Positions 27,644 through 38,147 of a stretch of DNA of 41,340 bases are shown here, in pieces (within the stretch, counting starts at the first letter, position 1; each line of letters opens with the position of its first letter). A program made the position numbers and the translations under genes. The notes beneath the pieces were generated by a model, which did not search any database, was not told where the DNA came from, and saw only the letters and a list, made by a program, of their open reading frames with translations. The stretch is taken from the NCBI GenBank assembly GCA_003133075.1, contig PKZN01000084.1, positions 36,827 through 78,166 of the forward strand. Direction: 5' to 3'. The DNA is from Acidimicrobiaceae bacterium (GTDB lineage: Bacteria > Actinomycetota > Acidimicrobiia > Acidimicrobiales > RAAP-2).

Positions 27644-29394
27644 TCGATCTCCACGACGACGTCGCCCGCGCCGACCTGGTCGCCAGTGGCGACGTTGACG
27701 CTCTTGATCACCCCGGACTTCTCGGCGTTGACGGCATTCTCCATCTTCATCGCTTCAAGGATCACGACCGTGTCGCCCGCTTCGACGCTTTGACCGACGG
27801 TGACGTTGACCTTCACGATGGTGCCCTGCATCGGGACGAGGACCTTGCCCGATCCGCTGCCCAGGACGCCGCTGTGATGTTGGCGCCGGGGCTTCAGCGC
27901 CGTGCTCTGGGGTCGCGCCGGGAGCTCCTCGCTGCCGTCGGGCACCCAGAGTGCGACCGTGACTCGTCGTCCATTCACCTCAGCGGTGACGTCCTTGCGG
28001 ATGCGGCCCTCGCCGATCGAGACGACCGCCGGTGCGGCGGTCGGCAGGCTCGAGAAGTCGAGGGTGGTCTCGACCCACTTGGTCGAGTGGGTGCCGTTGA
28101 CGAAGTCCTCACTCGACAGGATCGCCACGTCCGCGGGCAACGTCGTGGCGACGCCTTCGATCACGGTCTCTTCAATGGCGCGAAGCATCTTGCGGCGCGC
28201 TTTTTCCCGGTCCGAGGACCACACCACCAACTTCGCGATCAGATTGTCGTAGAACTGCGAGATCGTGTCACCGGCGCCGTACCCGGCGTCCAGTCGAACG
28301 CCGGGACCACTCGGTTGGTCGAATCGAGTGATCGTGCCCGGCGACGGGATGAACTTGCCCCCCGAAGGGTCTTCGGCGTTGATACGCACTTCAATGGCGT
28401 GGCCGTTGCGCGCGACGTCGTCCTGAGCGAAGTCGAGCGCCTCGCCCGAGGCGATGCGGAGCTGCCATTCGACGAGATCGAGGCCCGTTACCAATTCGGT
28501 GACGGGGTGCTCAACTTGGAGCCGGGTGTTCATCTCTAAGAAGAAGAACTCGCCGTCTTGATAGAGGAACTCGACCGTGCCAGCGTTGACGTACCCGCAA
28601 GCCTTGGAGACCTTGACGGCCGCCTCGCCCATCGCGCGACGCACGTCATCGGGGAAGTTGGGGGCCGGGGACTCCTCGATGAGTTTCTGATGACGGCGCT
28701 GCGCGGAGCAGTCTCGTTCGCCCAGCCACAGCGTGGTCCCGAAGGAGTCGGCTAAGACTTGCATCTCGATGTGACGGGGCCAGGAAAGGTATCGCTCGAC
28801 GTAGCACTCGTCACGACCGAAGTAACTGAGCGCCTCGCGTTTTGCGCTCTCGAGGGCGGCCTCGGCTTCGCCGGCCTCGTTGACCACCTTCATGCCACGA
28901 CCGCCCCCGCCGTAGGCGGCCTTGATCGCGACGGGCCAACCGAACTCCGTCCCGAAGTCGATGACCTCTTGGGCGCTCTCGAGCGCCTGGCTGCGCCCCG
29001 GCACTCCGGCGACGCCGGCCGCTTCCGCGGCGAGGCGCGAGGAGATCTTGTCGCCCATCACCTCGATGGCTTCGGGCGGAGGGCCAATGAAGGTGACCCC
29101 GCGCGAGGTGATGGCCCGGGCGAAGTCGGTGTTCTCGGAGAAAAAGCCGTATCCCGGGTGCACCCCGTCGGCCCCGGAGCGTTCGATGACGTCCAAAATG
29201 GCCTCGGTGTTGAGGTAACTTTCGGCGGCGGTCTGGCCACCGAGCGCGTAGGCCTCGTCCGCCAGTCGCACGTGGAGCGCGTTACGGTCGAGCTCGGAGT
29301 ACACAGCGACGGTGGCGATGCCCATTTCGCGGCAGGTCCTGATCACGCGGACCGCGATCTCACCTCGGTTGGCGATGAGGACTTTCTGTAACAC
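27640..29394 (-). CDS. accA: Acyl-CoA carboxylase alpha subunit (biotin carboxylase plus BCCP)
   Basis: IANRGEIA, HPGYGF, GGGGRGM, EMNTRLQVEH, biotinylation motif EAMKM. Confidence 0.95.
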   Translation of the reverse strand: MLQKVLIANRGEIAVRVIRTCREMGIATVAVYSELDRNALHVRLADEAYALGGQTAAESYLNTEAILDVIERSGADGVHPGYGFFSENTDFARAITSRGVTFIGPPPEAIEVMGDKISSRLAAEAAGVAGVPGRSQALESAQEVIDFGTEFGWPVAIKAAYGGGGRGMKVVNEAGEAEAALESAKREALSYFGRDECYVERYLSWPRHIEMQVLADSFGTTLWLGERDCSAQRRHQKLIEESPAPNFPDDVRRAMGEAAVKVSKACGYVNAGTVEFLYQDGEFFFLEMNTRLQVEHPVTELVTGLDLVEWQLRIASGEALDFAQDDVARNGHAIEVRINAEDPSGGKFIPSPGTITRFDQPSGPGVRLDAGYGAGDTISQFYDNLIAKLVVWSSDREKARRKMLRAIEETVIEGVATTLPADVAILSSEDFVNGTHSTKWVETTLDFSSLPTAAPAVVSIGEGRIRKDVTAEVNGRRVTVALWVPDGSEELPARPQSTALKPRRQHHSGVLGSGSGKVLVPMQGTIVKVNVTVGQSVEAGDTVVILEAMKMENAVNAEKSGVIKSVNVATGDQVGAGDVVVEIE

Positions 29395-29456
29395 GGGAAC
29401 CTCCGTAAATGGCCATCAATTTTCTAGCACCGGTTCCACAACCCTAATGTTTGACC

Positions 29457-30200
29457 GTGAACCCAATTATCTGGCGAGTTGAGCACTTGGACGAGATCGA
29501 TTCGACCAACACCTACGTGAAGGACCGCGTGGAAGGTGAGCTCGAGGGGCTCGTCGTCATGGCTGACTTCCAGCAGTCTGGCCGCGGTCGGCTCGATCGA
29601 GCGTGGTCCTCGCCGCCGCGCGCATCGCTCTTGTGCTCGGTGCTGCTGCGACCCGACCTCGAGGTCGATCAGCTCCAACTCGTGGTGGCGGCCGTCGCGC
29701 TCGCCGTACGCTCGGCACTCGAGCGCCTCAGTGGTCTGCGCGCCGACCTCAAGTGGCCTAATGACCTGGTGGTGGCCGGGAACAAGCTCGCGGGACTCTT
29801 GGCCGAGGTCGCAGCGACCACCGACGGGGTCGCCGTGGTCGTGGGCTTCGGAGTGAATCTGACGTACGAGGGCCCCGACGGCGTCGCCGCCACGTCGGTG
29901 CGACGTGAAACGGGTCTCACGATTGTCCCGCGGGCGTTACTCGACATCGTGCTCGAAGAGCTCGAGCCCCGACGCGCCGAGCTCGACAGCGAAGAAGGTC
30001 GCGCGGAACTTCGCGCAGAGTACGAGCGAGCGCTCTCGACGCTCGGCCTGGCGGTACGCGTCGAGCAGCACCAGGGCGAACTGCTCGGGACGGCCGTGGG
30101 GATCGATCGGCGCGGCCAGTTGTTGGTGGACGTCGGCGGCGACGTGCGCACGGTCGAGGTCGGCGACGTGGTGCACCTGCGCGCGATGGACGCGCGATGA
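29457..30200 (+). CDS. birA: Biotin-protein ligase without HTH domain
   Basis: DSTN, QQSGRGRLDRAW, LKWPND, KLAGLL, GDV. Confidence 0.93.
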   Translation: MNPIIWRVEHLDEIDSTNTYVKDRVEGELEGLVVMADFQQSGRGRLDRAWSSPPRASLLCSVLLRPDLEVDQLQLVVAAVALAVRSALERLSGLRADLKWPNDLVVAGNKLAGLLAEVAATTDGVAVVVGFGVNLTYEGPDGVAATSVRRETGLTIVPRALLDIVLEELEPRRAELDSEEGRAELRAEYERALSTLGLAVRVEQHQGELLGTAVGIDRRGQLLVDVGGDVRTVEVGDVVHLRAMDAR

Positions 30201-31120
30201 GCGCCACTCGGGTCCTCGTCACCGGCGCTAACGGGCAAGTCGGCGTCGACGTCGACGACGTCCTTCGCGGCGCGACGCCGCTCGGTGGTGACGTCTCCTT
30301 CCAACCCGACGACCTCGCCGTGGGTGAAGGCGAATTCGAGGTGCTCGGACTCACCCACCACGATCTCGACGTCACTGACCGTGACGCCGTGGTGCGCGCG
30401 CTTCGCGCCACTCGTCCGGCGGTCGTCATCCACCTCGCCGCCTACACCGCGGTGGACCGCGCCGAAAGCGACGCGGAGCGGTGCTACTTGGTCAATGAGT
30501 TCGGCACCGCGAACGTGTCACTCGCCGCAAACGACGTCGGGGCCCACCTCATCGCGGTGTCGACCGACTACGTCTTTGACGGCACGAAGGGCGCGGCCTA
30601 CGTGGAGGGCGACGCCACCAACCCTCTCAACGTCTACGGTGCCTCGAAGCGCGCGGGCGAAGTGGCCTGTGCCCCTGGCGACACGATCGTACGGACGTCC
30701 TGGGTAATGGGCGTTCGTGGCGCGAGCGTCATCCACACGATCGCCGATCGAGCGACGTCGGGCGCGAGTGTGCGCTTCGTGAACGACCAGACCGGCACGG
30801 TGACGGTTGCGAGCGATTTGGCGAGGTCGCTCGTGACCTTGGCGAGGGAGCGGCCGGGGGGTCTCTGGCACGTTGCCAATAGCGGTGCCACCACCTGGTA
30901 CGAAGTCGCGGCCTTCGTGGGTGGGTTGCTCGGCCGTGACGAGGACTTCGCCACGCCCATTGAGTCACGCGAACTCGCCCCCTTCCAGAGCGCGCGGCGG
31001 CCCACGCGCAGCGACCTCGACACCAACAAGTTCGCCGAGCGGTGGCGGTCGCTACCGGAGTGGCGCGAGGCGCTCACTCGGTTGATCCAGGGTCGCGACG
31101 CGCGCGAGGTGCCCTCGTGA
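30197..31120 (+). CDS. rfbD: dTDP-4-dehydrorhamnose reductase
   Basis: TGANGQVG, AAYTAVD, STDYVFDG, YGASK, DQ. Confidence 0.93.
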   Translation: MSATRVLVTGANGQVGVDVDDVLRGATPLGGDVSFQPDDLAVGEGEFEVLGLTHHDLDVTDRDAVVRALRATRPAVVIHLAAYTAVDRAESDAERCYLVNEFGTANVSLAANDVGAHLIAVSTDYVFDGTKGAAYVEGDATNPLNVYGASKRAGEVACAPGDTIVRTSWVMGVRGASVIHTIADRATSGASVRFVNDQTGTVTVASDLARSLVTLARERPGGLWHVANSGATTWYEVAAFVGGLLGRDEDFATPIESRELAPFQSARRPTRSDLDTNKFAERWRSLPEWREALTRLIQGRDAREVPS

Positions 31121-31956
31121 GGGACGTGGGTGCGAGTGTGGTCGCGGTCGTCGTTGACTATCACGCCGATCTCGTGCTGGTTGCGTGCGTGGACTCGCTG
31201 TTTTCGAATGATCTTCGTCACGTGGTGGTGGTGGAGAATGGCGACGCTGGTTCGGTGCCCGCGACGTTGCTCGATCGGGGCGTCGTCGTCGTCTCGCCCG
31301 GCGTCAACCTCGGTTACGGCGGGGGAGTGAACCGTGGCGTCGCCGTCGCGCCACCGAGTGAGTTCATCCTCGTCTCCAATCCCGACATCATCGTCCACGA
31401 CCACGCGGTCGACGCCCTCGTCGCGTACCTCGAGGAACACAGCGACGTCGCACTCGTCGGACCCGAAGTGCGTCGACCCGACGGGACGGTCTACCCCTCG
31501 CGACGCGACTTTCCGAACGTCTGGCTCGCGGGACTCCACGCGGTCCTAGAGCCGCTCTGGGCGAAGAACCCCGCGACGGCGCGGTACCGCTCCACCAAGG
31601 CCGACGGCGTCGTCGACTGGGTGTCGGGCGCGTGCTTTTTGGTTCGACGTGACGCCTTCGAGGCGGTCGGCGGGTTCGACGAGCGCTATTTCATGTTCGC
31701 CGAGGAGATGGCGCTGTGCTGGGCGATGCGAGAGCGGGGATTCCTGGTCGCGGGAACGAGCACCGCCGTCGTGACCCACTTAGAAGGCGTCTCTCGGGCG
31801 CGGGCGCCCAGAGCGATGTTGATCGCACATCACCGAAGCGCGTTGCGTTTCGAGGTGCAGACCGCGCGTGGCTGGCGCCGGGCGATGCTACCCCTCGCCA
31901 CGATGGTCTTGAGCGTGCGACTGGTACTGGAACTGCTCGCCCGACCACGCCGCTGA
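31117..31956 (+). CDS. GT2 glycosyltransferase (WbbL-like rhamnosyltransferase)
   Basis: NLGYGGGVN, SNPD, DWVSGACFL, GGFDERYFMFAEE. GTGA overlap with rfbD. Confidence 0.88.
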   Translation: MRDVGASVVAVVVDYHADLVLVACVDSLFSNDLRHVVVVENGDAGSVPATLLDRGVVVVSPGVNLGYGGGVNRGVAVAPPSEFILVSNPDIIVHDHAVDALVAYLEEHSDVALVGPEVRRPDGTVYPSRRDFPNVWLAGLHAVLEPLWAKNPATARYRSTKADGVVDWVSGACFLVRRDAFEAVGGFDERYFMFAEEMALCWAMRERGFLVAGTSTAVVTHLEGVSRARAPRAMLIAHHRSALRFEVQTARGWRRAMLPLATMVLSVRLVLELLARPRR

Positions 31957-31964
31957 CGCACCGG

Positions 31965-31970
31965 TAGAAT
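31965..31970 (+). promoter_or_regulatory. Sigma-A-type -10 box for the ncRNA
   Basis: TAGAAT, 7 nt before the 5' strand of the RNA closing stem. Confidence 0.7.
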
Positions 31971-31977
31971 ATGGGCT

Positions 31978-32209
31978 GGGCTACGAGTGGTCTGTGGTTG
32001 AAAGTCGATGCCAGTCGCGGGCGAAACGACCCACGTAAGGCGTCTTGTCGACGCTGAGCATGGCGCGGTTTAGAAGTAAGTCCTGCCCCGGGACGGCCAC
32101 CCTGGTCATCACGGGAGCCGGTGGGGTGGACTCGATGGGCGCAAGCTCCGCGAGTGCGCGTCGCTGCAGGCGAGTGTGGGGTCAAAGACCAGGTCAGCAC
32201 TCGTAGCCC
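31978..32209 (+). ncRNA. raiA-motif structured RNA
   Basis: Perfect 12-bp closing helix GGGCTACGAGTG/CACTCGTAGCCC. Blocks GTGGTTGAAAGTCGATGCCAGTCGC, CCACGTAA, GAGCATGG, TTAGAAGTAAGTCCTGCC and GCAGGCGAGTGTGGGGTCAAAGACCAGGTCA match my recollection of the raiA RNA consensus. Confidence 0.9.
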
Positions 32210-32248
32210 TATTGAGAACCGGCTCCGACCGGTAGGGTGAAACACGGT

Positions 32249-34942
32249 ATGAGCGTATTTCAGAAGATTTTGAAGGCCGGCGAGGGCAAGCGCGTGCGAG
32301 AGCTCGCGGGGCTGGTTGGGCCCATCAACGACCTCGCCGAGGAGACGGCCGCCCTGAGCGACGTCGAACTGCGCGCCAAGACTGACGAGTTCCGCGCACG
32401 CATCGCCGAGGGCGAGACCCTCGATGACCTCTTGATTGAAGCCTTCGCGGTGGTGCGCGAGGCCGCCACCCGCGTGCTGGGTCAACGCCACTACGACGTC
32501 CAGCTGATGGGCGGGATGGCCCTGCACTTTGGCTGGATCGCCGAAATGAAGACCGGTGAGGGCAAGACGCTCGTTTCGACACTCCCGGTGTACTTAAACG
32601 CCCTGGGTGGCCAGGGTGTGCACGTGGTGACCGTGAACGACTACCTCGCCACCCGTGACGCGAACTGGATGGGCGAATTGCACCGCTTCTTGGGGATTAG
32701 CGTCGGTCGGGTCGGTCCGGACTTACAGGAGTTCGAGGACAAGCGCGCCGCCTACGCCGCGGACGTGACCTACGGCACGAACACCGAATTTGGCTTCGAC
32801 TACCTGCGTGACAACATGGCACGCCGTGCCGAGCACATGGTCCAGCGCGGCCACCACTTCGCCATTGTCGACGAGGTCGACTCAATCCTCATCGACGAAG
32901 CCCGCACCCCGCTGATCATCTCGGGCCCGGCGTCGGACGTGACCAAGCTCTACTACCAGTTCGCCTCCATTGCGCGCTCGCTCACCCGCGACGTCGACTA
33001 CGAGGTCGACGAGGAGAAGAAAACGGTCGTACCCACCGAGTCCGGTATCGAAAAGGTCGAACGTCAGCTCGGGGTCACCAACCTCTACGACGCCGTGGCG
33101 ACGAACTACGTCCATCAACTCGGTCAGGCGCTGCGCGCCAAGGAGCTGTTCCATCGTGACAAGGACTACCTCGTTGACGCCGGCGAGGTGAAGATCGTTG
33201 ATGAGTTCACCGGTCGCACCCTCGAGGGACGCCGTTGGAGCGAGGGCTTGCATCAGGCCGTTGAGGCCAAAGAACGCGTGCGGATCCAAGAAGAGAACCA
33301 CACGTGGGCGACGGTGACCCTGCAGAACTACTTCCGTCTCTACGAGAAGCTCTCGGGCATGACCGGCACCGCCGAGACCGAGGCGGCCGAGTTCGGCAAC
33401 ACCTACGGCCTCTCGGTCGTGCCCATCCCGACGAACAAACCAGCGATCCGCCTGGACCAACCGGACCTCATCTTTAAGACCGAGGCCGCGAAGTTCGCCG
33501 CCATCGTCGAGGACGTGCGCGAGCGCACCGATCTGGGCCAACCGATCCTGCTCGGCACGGCGTCGGTCGAGAAGTCGGAACTACTCTCGCGCGAACTCTC
33601 CAAAGCCGGCATTGCCCACGAGGTCTTGAACGCCAAGCAGCACTTCCGCGAGGCGGAGATCGTGGCCCAGGCCGGGCGCAAGGGTGCCGTCACCGTGGCG
33701 ACCAACATGGCGGGCCGAGGCGTTGACGTCATCCTTGGCGGTAACTTCGAAGGGCTCGCGCACCGCGAGGTCCTCGCCGAGGGTATCGCGGCAAACTCCG
33801 AGGAGTTCGCGCCGGCCTATGAGAAGGCGCTCGCGAAGTGGAAGCCGGTGACCCAGGCCGACGGCGACCAGGTTCGCGCACTCGGCGGGCTCTACGTCTT
33901 GGGTACCGAGCGACACGACTCTCGACGCATCGACAACCAGCTGCGCGGCCGTTCGGGGCGCCAAGGTGACCCCGGTGAAAGCCGCTTCTATCTCTCGCTC
34001 GAGGACGAGTTGTTACGCATTTTCGCGACCGGCGCAGTCTCGTGGGTTATGGACCGAACCATGCCCGAGGACGAGGCGATCGAGGCGAAGATGGTCTCGC
34101 GCGCTATTGAACGCGCCCAGAACACCGTCGAGGCTCGTAACGCCGAGATCCGCAAGGACGTGCTCAAGTACGACGAGGTCATGAACGAGCAGCGCAAGGT
34201 GATCTACAAGCGTCGCCAACAGGTGATTGACGGCGAGGACATCCACGACGCCACCATCGAGCTCATCGAAGAACGACTCACCGAGGTCGTCGATCAACAA
34301 CTCGGCGGCGTGTTCGCCGAAGAGTGGGACCTCAACACGCTGGTCCTAGAGCTCCAGGCGCACTATCCGACCACGCAGAGCGTCGAAAGTCTGAAGCCCT
34401 ACGACGACGTCGATGACGTCGTGGCCCTCGTGGTGGACGAAGCGGTAGCTCTCTACGAGAAGAAGTCCGAGGATCTCCCCGGTGGGCTCGACACCGCGAA
34501 GGATATCGAGCGCGACGTGATGCTTCAGATCCTCGATCAACGATGGCGCGACCACCTCTCGGAGATGGACTACTTGCGAGACGGCATTCACCTGCGTCAA
34601 GTCGCCCAACAAGACCCCCTCACGGCGTGGCAAAAAGAGGGCTACTTGATGTTCGAACACCTGCTCGAGGCGGTGGACGACGACTACGTGCGCTACATCA
34701 CCCACGTCGAAGCCACCGCACCGGTGCTCGCGAGTGAAGACGACGAGGGGCTCGAAGGAGCACTCACCAACGTCGACCAGGTCGCGCCCGGCGCGACGGA
34801 GTTACCCGCGCACGTGGCGCCGGCGGCGGGGATCGCCACCGCCTCTTCCAAGCCCGCGCCCGCGCGCGAGAAGCTCGGTCGAAACGACCCCTGCTGGTGT
34901 GGCTCCAAGCGTAAATTCAAGCAGTGCCATGGCCGACCCTAA
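32249..34942 (+). CDS. secA: Preprotein translocase subunit SecA
   Basis: [49 protein letters not shown]-terminal [10 protein letters not shown]...CH. Confidence 0.98.
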   Translation: MSVFQKILKAGEGKRVRELAGLVGPINDLAEETAALSDVELRAKTDEFRARIAEGETLDDLLIEAFAVVREAATRVLGQRHYDVQLMGGMALHFGWIAEMKTGEGKTLVSTLPVYLNALGGQGVHVVTVNDYLATRDANWMGELHRFLGISVGRVGPDLQEFEDKRAAYAADVTYGTNTEFGFDYLRDNMARRAEHMVQRGHHFAIVDEVDSILIDEARTPLIISGPASDVTKLYYQFASIARSLTRDVDYEVDEEKKTVVPTESGIEKVERQLGVTNLYDAVATNYVHQLGQALRAKELFHRDKDYLVDAGEVKIVDEFTGRTLEGRRWSEGLHQAVEAKERVRIQEENHTWATVTLQNYFRLYEKLSGMTGTAETEAAEFGNTYGLSVVPIPTNKPAIRLDQPDLIFKTEAAKFAAIVEDVRERTDLGQPILLGTASVEKSELLSRELSKAGIAHEVLNAKQHFREAEIVAQAGRKGAVTVATNMAGRGVDVILGGNFEGLAHREVLAEGIAANSEEFAPAYEKALAKWKPVTQADGDQVRALGGLYVLGTERHDSRRIDNQLRGRSGRQGDPGESRFYLSLEDELLRIFATGAVSWVMDRTMPEDEAIEAKMVSRAIERAQNTVEARNAEIRKDVLKYDEVMNEQRKVIYKRRQQVIDGEDIHDATIELIEERLTEVVDQQLGGVFAEEWDLNTLVLELQAHYPTTQSVESLKPYDDVDDVVALVVDEAVALYEKKSEDLPGGLDTAKDIERDVMLQILDQRWRDHLSEMDYLRDGIHLRQVAQQDPLTAWQKEGYLMFEHLLEAVDDDYVRYITHVEATAPVLASEDDEGLEGALTNVDQVAPGATELPAHVAPAAGIATASSKPAPAREKLGRNDPCWCGSKRKFKQCHGRP

Positions 34943-36074
34943 AGCGGAAAACGCCCTTCGCCTCGCCCTCGCCTCGATCGAAGAGCTCGAGGCTCGCTGG
35001 GTGGCGGCGCGTGACTACCTCAAAATCGACGCCAGCCGCGCTCGCCACGCGCTCTTGAGCGATCTCGCGGCCGACCCCAACCTCTGGGACGATCAGGACC
35101 ACGCGCGAGAGGTCACGACCGAACTCGGCCGGCTCAACAACGACCTCGAGTCCTTTGACGCGCTTCGTCGTGCGCTTGACGACGCGGTAGTGCTCGCGGA
35201 GTTCGCGGCTGAATCACTCGGCGCCGGTGAGGTCGACCAGTCGACCTTCGCCGAACTCGCCAGTGCGGTCGAGGACCTCGGTCACGCCATTGCCGCCCTC
35301 GAGACCCAGAGCCTCTTCAGCGGCCAGTACGACGAGAACGACGCGATCGTCGAACTCCACGCGGGCGCGGGGGGCACCGACGCGCAGGACTGGACCGAGA
35401 TGCTGCTGCGTATGTACTCACGCTGGGCGGAGCGTCGCGGCTTCGCGGTGGAGGTCGACGAAGCCACCGAGGGTCAAGAGGCCGGTCTGCTCTCTTCGAC
35501 CTTCATCGTCAAGGGTCGCTTCGCTTACGGGTGGCTCTCGGTCGAGCGCGGGGTGCACCGACTGGTGCGTATCAGTCCTTTCGACTCCCAGGCGCGTCGC
35601 CAAACCAGCTTCGCCAGCCTCGAGGTCACGCCGTTGCTCGAGGACAGTGCGGGCGAAGTGGAGATCGACGAGAAGGAACTTCGCGTCGACACGTACCGAT
35701 CCTCGGGCGCCGGTGGTCAACACGTGAACAAGACCGACTCAGCCATACGTATCACGCACCTACCGAGCGGCATCGTCGTGAGCTGTCAGAATGAACGCTC
35801 CCAACATCAAAATCGTGCTCGAGCGATGCAGATCCTCGAAGCGAAACTCGCCGAGCGCGCCCGGGCCCAGCGTCGAGCCGAGATGGACGCGTTGAGTGGT
35901 CAGCGCAGCGACAACGCCTGGGGATCGCAGATTCGTAGTTACGTCCAAGCGCCCTACCAACTTGTCAAGGACCACCGCAGTGACTTTGAGACCGGCAACG
36001 TCGAAGCGGTGCTCGACGGCGACCTCGATGGATTCATGGAAGCCGAGCTCCGACGTCAGCGTTCGGCATCATAA
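34929..36074 (+). CDS. prfB: Peptide chain release factor 2
   Basis: SPF anticodon-mimic motif (RISPFD), [11 protein letters not shown]. Confidence 0.96.
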   Translation: MADPKAENALRLALASIEELEARWVAARDYLKIDASRARHALLSDLAADPNLWDDQDHAREVTTELGRLNNDLESFDALRRALDDAVVLAEFAAESLGAGEVDQSTFAELASAVEDLGHAIAALETQSLFSGQYDENDAIVELHAGAGGTDAQDWTEMLLRMYSRWAERRGFAVEVDEATEGQEAGLLSSTFIVKGRFAYGWLSVERGVHRLVRISPFDSQARRQTSFASLEVTPLLEDSAGEVEIDEKELRVDTYRSSGAGGQHVNKTDSAIRITHLPSGIVVSCQNERSQHQNRARAMQILEAKLAERARAQRRAEMDALSGQRSDNAWGSQIRSYVQAPYQLVKDHRSDFETGNVEAVLDGDLDGFMEAELRRQRSAS

Positions 36075-36134
36075 AAATTCGCCGAGTCAGCAATCGCAGG
36101 ACTTTGATGGACCGAATGCGCGAGACGCTCAAAC

Positions 36135-36140
36135 TAGAAT
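36135..36140 (+). promoter_or_regulatory. Probable -10 box for ftsEX
   Basis: TAGAAT in the AT-richer intergenic gap 60 nt upstream of ftsE. Confidence 0.5.
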
Positions 36141-36199
36141 AAATGCGTCACTGTGCCCGAAATCTGCACAACCACTGAGCAACCCGAGGGGGTGATGAG

Positions 36200-36898
36200 T
36201 TGATTCGTTTCGAGAACGTATCAAAGACGTACAAGAACGGAACGCCCGCGCTCATCGACATCTCCCTCGACATCGACAAGGGTGAATTCGTCTTTTTAGT
36301 CGGTGCGTCAGGTTCGGGCAAGACCACCTTCTTGCGACTCCTCCTGCGCGAAGAGCACCCTGACAAGGGGCGCATTCTCGAGGCGGGACGCGACATCGGC
36401 GAACTGCCCAAGTGGCGCGTGCCCTACCTTCGTCGCAACATCGGCTGCGTCTTCCAGGACTTTCGGCTCCTCCCCAATAAGACGGTCTTTGAGAACGTGG
36501 CCTTCGCGCTCGAGGTCATTGGCCGTCCCCGCGCCACCGTCGATTCACAGGTTCCCCAGATCTTGGAACTGGTGGGACTGAGTGATAAGTCGAAGAACCT
36601 GCCGCACGAACTCAGCGGCGGTGAACAACAGCGCGTCGCCGTGGCGCGCGCGTTCGTGAACCGCCCGCTGATTCTCCTCGCGGACGAACCAACTGGCAAC
36701 CTCGACCCGTCGAACTCCGAATCGATCATGGCGCTGCTCGAGCGGATCAATCGCACGGGAACCACGGTCGTGATGGCGACGCACGACAAGGCGCTGGTTG
36801 ACCGGATGCGACGACGCGTGGTCGAGTTGGACCGCGGTGAGATGATCCGCGACCAAGTCCGCGGGGTCTACGGCATCGACGAGGGGATTGCCATCTAA
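36200..36898 (+). CDS. ftsE: Cell division ATP-binding protein FtsE
   Basis: [38 protein letters not shown]. Confidence 0.95.
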   Translation: MIRFENVSKTYKNGTPALIDISLDIDKGEFVFLVGASGSGKTTFLRLLLREEHPDKGRILEAGRDIGELPKWRVPYLRRNIGCVFQDFRLLPNKTVFENVAFALEVIGRPRATVDSQVPQILELVGLSDKSKNLPHELSGGEQQRVAVARAFVNRPLILLADEPTGNLDPSNSESIMALLERINRTGTTVVMATHDKALVDRMRRRVVELDRGEMIRDQVRGVYGIDEGIAI

Positions 36899-37752
36899 TG
36901 CGCGTCTACTTCCGTTACGCCTTGAAAGAGACCTTCTCCAACCTCTGGCGCAATCGGATGATGACGATTGCGGCAATTCTCTGCGTGGCGGTGTCCCTCG
37001 CCCTCGTGGGTTCGGCACTCTTGCTCAAGCAAAGTGCGGCGCAGGCCTCGGTGCTCTGGCAACAGGGCACGCGCGTCACCGTCTGGATGGAGCCGACTGC
37101 CTCGACGACGGAAATAGACGGCGTGCGGACCCAACTGGCTGATTTGCCCATTGTCAAGAGTTGCGACTACTTCAGTCAGACCCAGGACTACAACGAAGCG
37201 AAGAAGCTCCTGCCCCCCAACGAGTGGGCGGTGCTGACCGTCTCGGCAATGCCCTCGTCCTTCCGCTGCGTCCCGACCGTTCCTTCGGACGCGTTCCTGG
37301 TCCAAAACACCTTCTCCGGCCAGCCCGGCATCTACCAGGTGACCACGCCGGGCTCTCAGATTCGTGAGATGAACAAGGTGATCAGAATCCTCCAGATCGT
37401 CTTTCTCGCGCTGGCCGCGGTGTTGCTGCTCTCGGCGTCGGTCTTGATCTTGAACACCATCCGCATGGCGATCTTCTCGCGTCGCCGAGAGGTGTCGGTG
37501 ATGAAGCTCGTCGGCGCTACCAACTGGTTTATCCGGATTCCCTATATCTCCGAGGGCTTCGTGCAGGGACTCTTAGGTTCGCTGGTTGCGATCGTGGCGG
37601 TGACCGCGTTGCACACGTGGTACCCACTACCGAACGAATTTCACCTCGACACCGCGGCGCTCATTGGCACCAATATCGTCGTGCTGGTCGTGGGAATCGT
37701 GATCGGCTCGGTCGGTTCGGCGATCGCGATCCGGCGCTTCCTCGACGTCTAG
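36898..37752 (+). CDS. ftsX: Cell division permease FtsX
   Basis: NLWRN, NTIRMAIFSRRREVSVMKLVGATNWFIRIP, four TM segments. TAATG overlap with ftsE. Confidence 0.95.
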   Translation: MRVYFRYALKETFSNLWRNRMMTIAAILCVAVSLALVGSALLLKQSAAQASVLWQQGTRVTVWMEPTASTTEIDGVRTQLADLPIVKSCDYFSQTQDYNEAKKLLPPNEWAVLTVSAMPSSFRCVPTVPSDAFLVQNTFSGQPGIYQVTTPGSQIREMNKVIRILQIVFLALAAVLLLSASVLILNTIRMAIFSRRREVSVMKLVGATNWFIRIPYISEGFVQGLLGSLVAIVAVTALHTWYPLPNEFHLDTAALIGTNIVVLVVGIVIGSVGSAIAIRRFLDV

Positions 37753-38147
37753 TCCGCGCTCTTGTCGAAGTCGATGGCGAGTGAGTTCACACAGTAGCGA
37801 AGCCCGGTCGCGGTGGGCCCGTCGTTAAAGACGTGACCGAGGTGACCACCGCAGCGTGAACAGAGGATCTCGGTACGGCGTCGAAAGAGCGATCGGTCCT
37901 CGCGTTCGATGACCGTACCTTCTATGCAGTCGTCGAAGCTCGGCCACCCACAGCCCGAGTCGAACTTCTGGGCGGTCGTGAAGAGTAGCTGACCGCACCC
38001 GCCGCAGCGAAAGTCACCCTCGTCGTCGACGTGCAGCAACGAACCCGAAAACGGCGCCTCGGTCGCCGCCTTACGCAGAACGGCGAAACGGTCGGGCGAG
38101 AGTTCGGACTTCCACTCCCGCTCGGTCTTCTCGACGTCGTAGGCCAC
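37749..38147 (-). CDS. msrB: Peptide-methionine (R)-S-oxide reductase
   Basis: KFDSGCGWPSF, CSRCGGHLGHVF, RYCVNS. Confidence 0.96.
   Translation of the reverse strand: MAYDVEKTEREWKSELSPDRFAVLRKAATEAPFSGSLLHVDDEGDFRCGGCGQLLFTTAQKFDSGCGWPSFDDCIEGTVIEREDRSLFRRRTEILCSRCGGHLGHVFNDGPTATGLRYCVNSLAIDFDKSAD

Noticed and set aside
31691-32527. 278-aa minus-strand ORF across the RNA
   Set aside because: It is antisense to the GT2 gene and secA, has no recognisable motifs, and the interval is explained by the ncRNA.
34929-35050. Programmed +1 frameshift in prfB
   Set aside because: The frame is continuous from ATG 34929 with no CTT-TGA site. This is normal for Actinobacteria.
23973-37752. Convergent genes overlapping by 4 nt at their stop codons (23973, 26196, 37749)
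   Set aside because: A common feature of compact genomes, with no evidence of a specific function.
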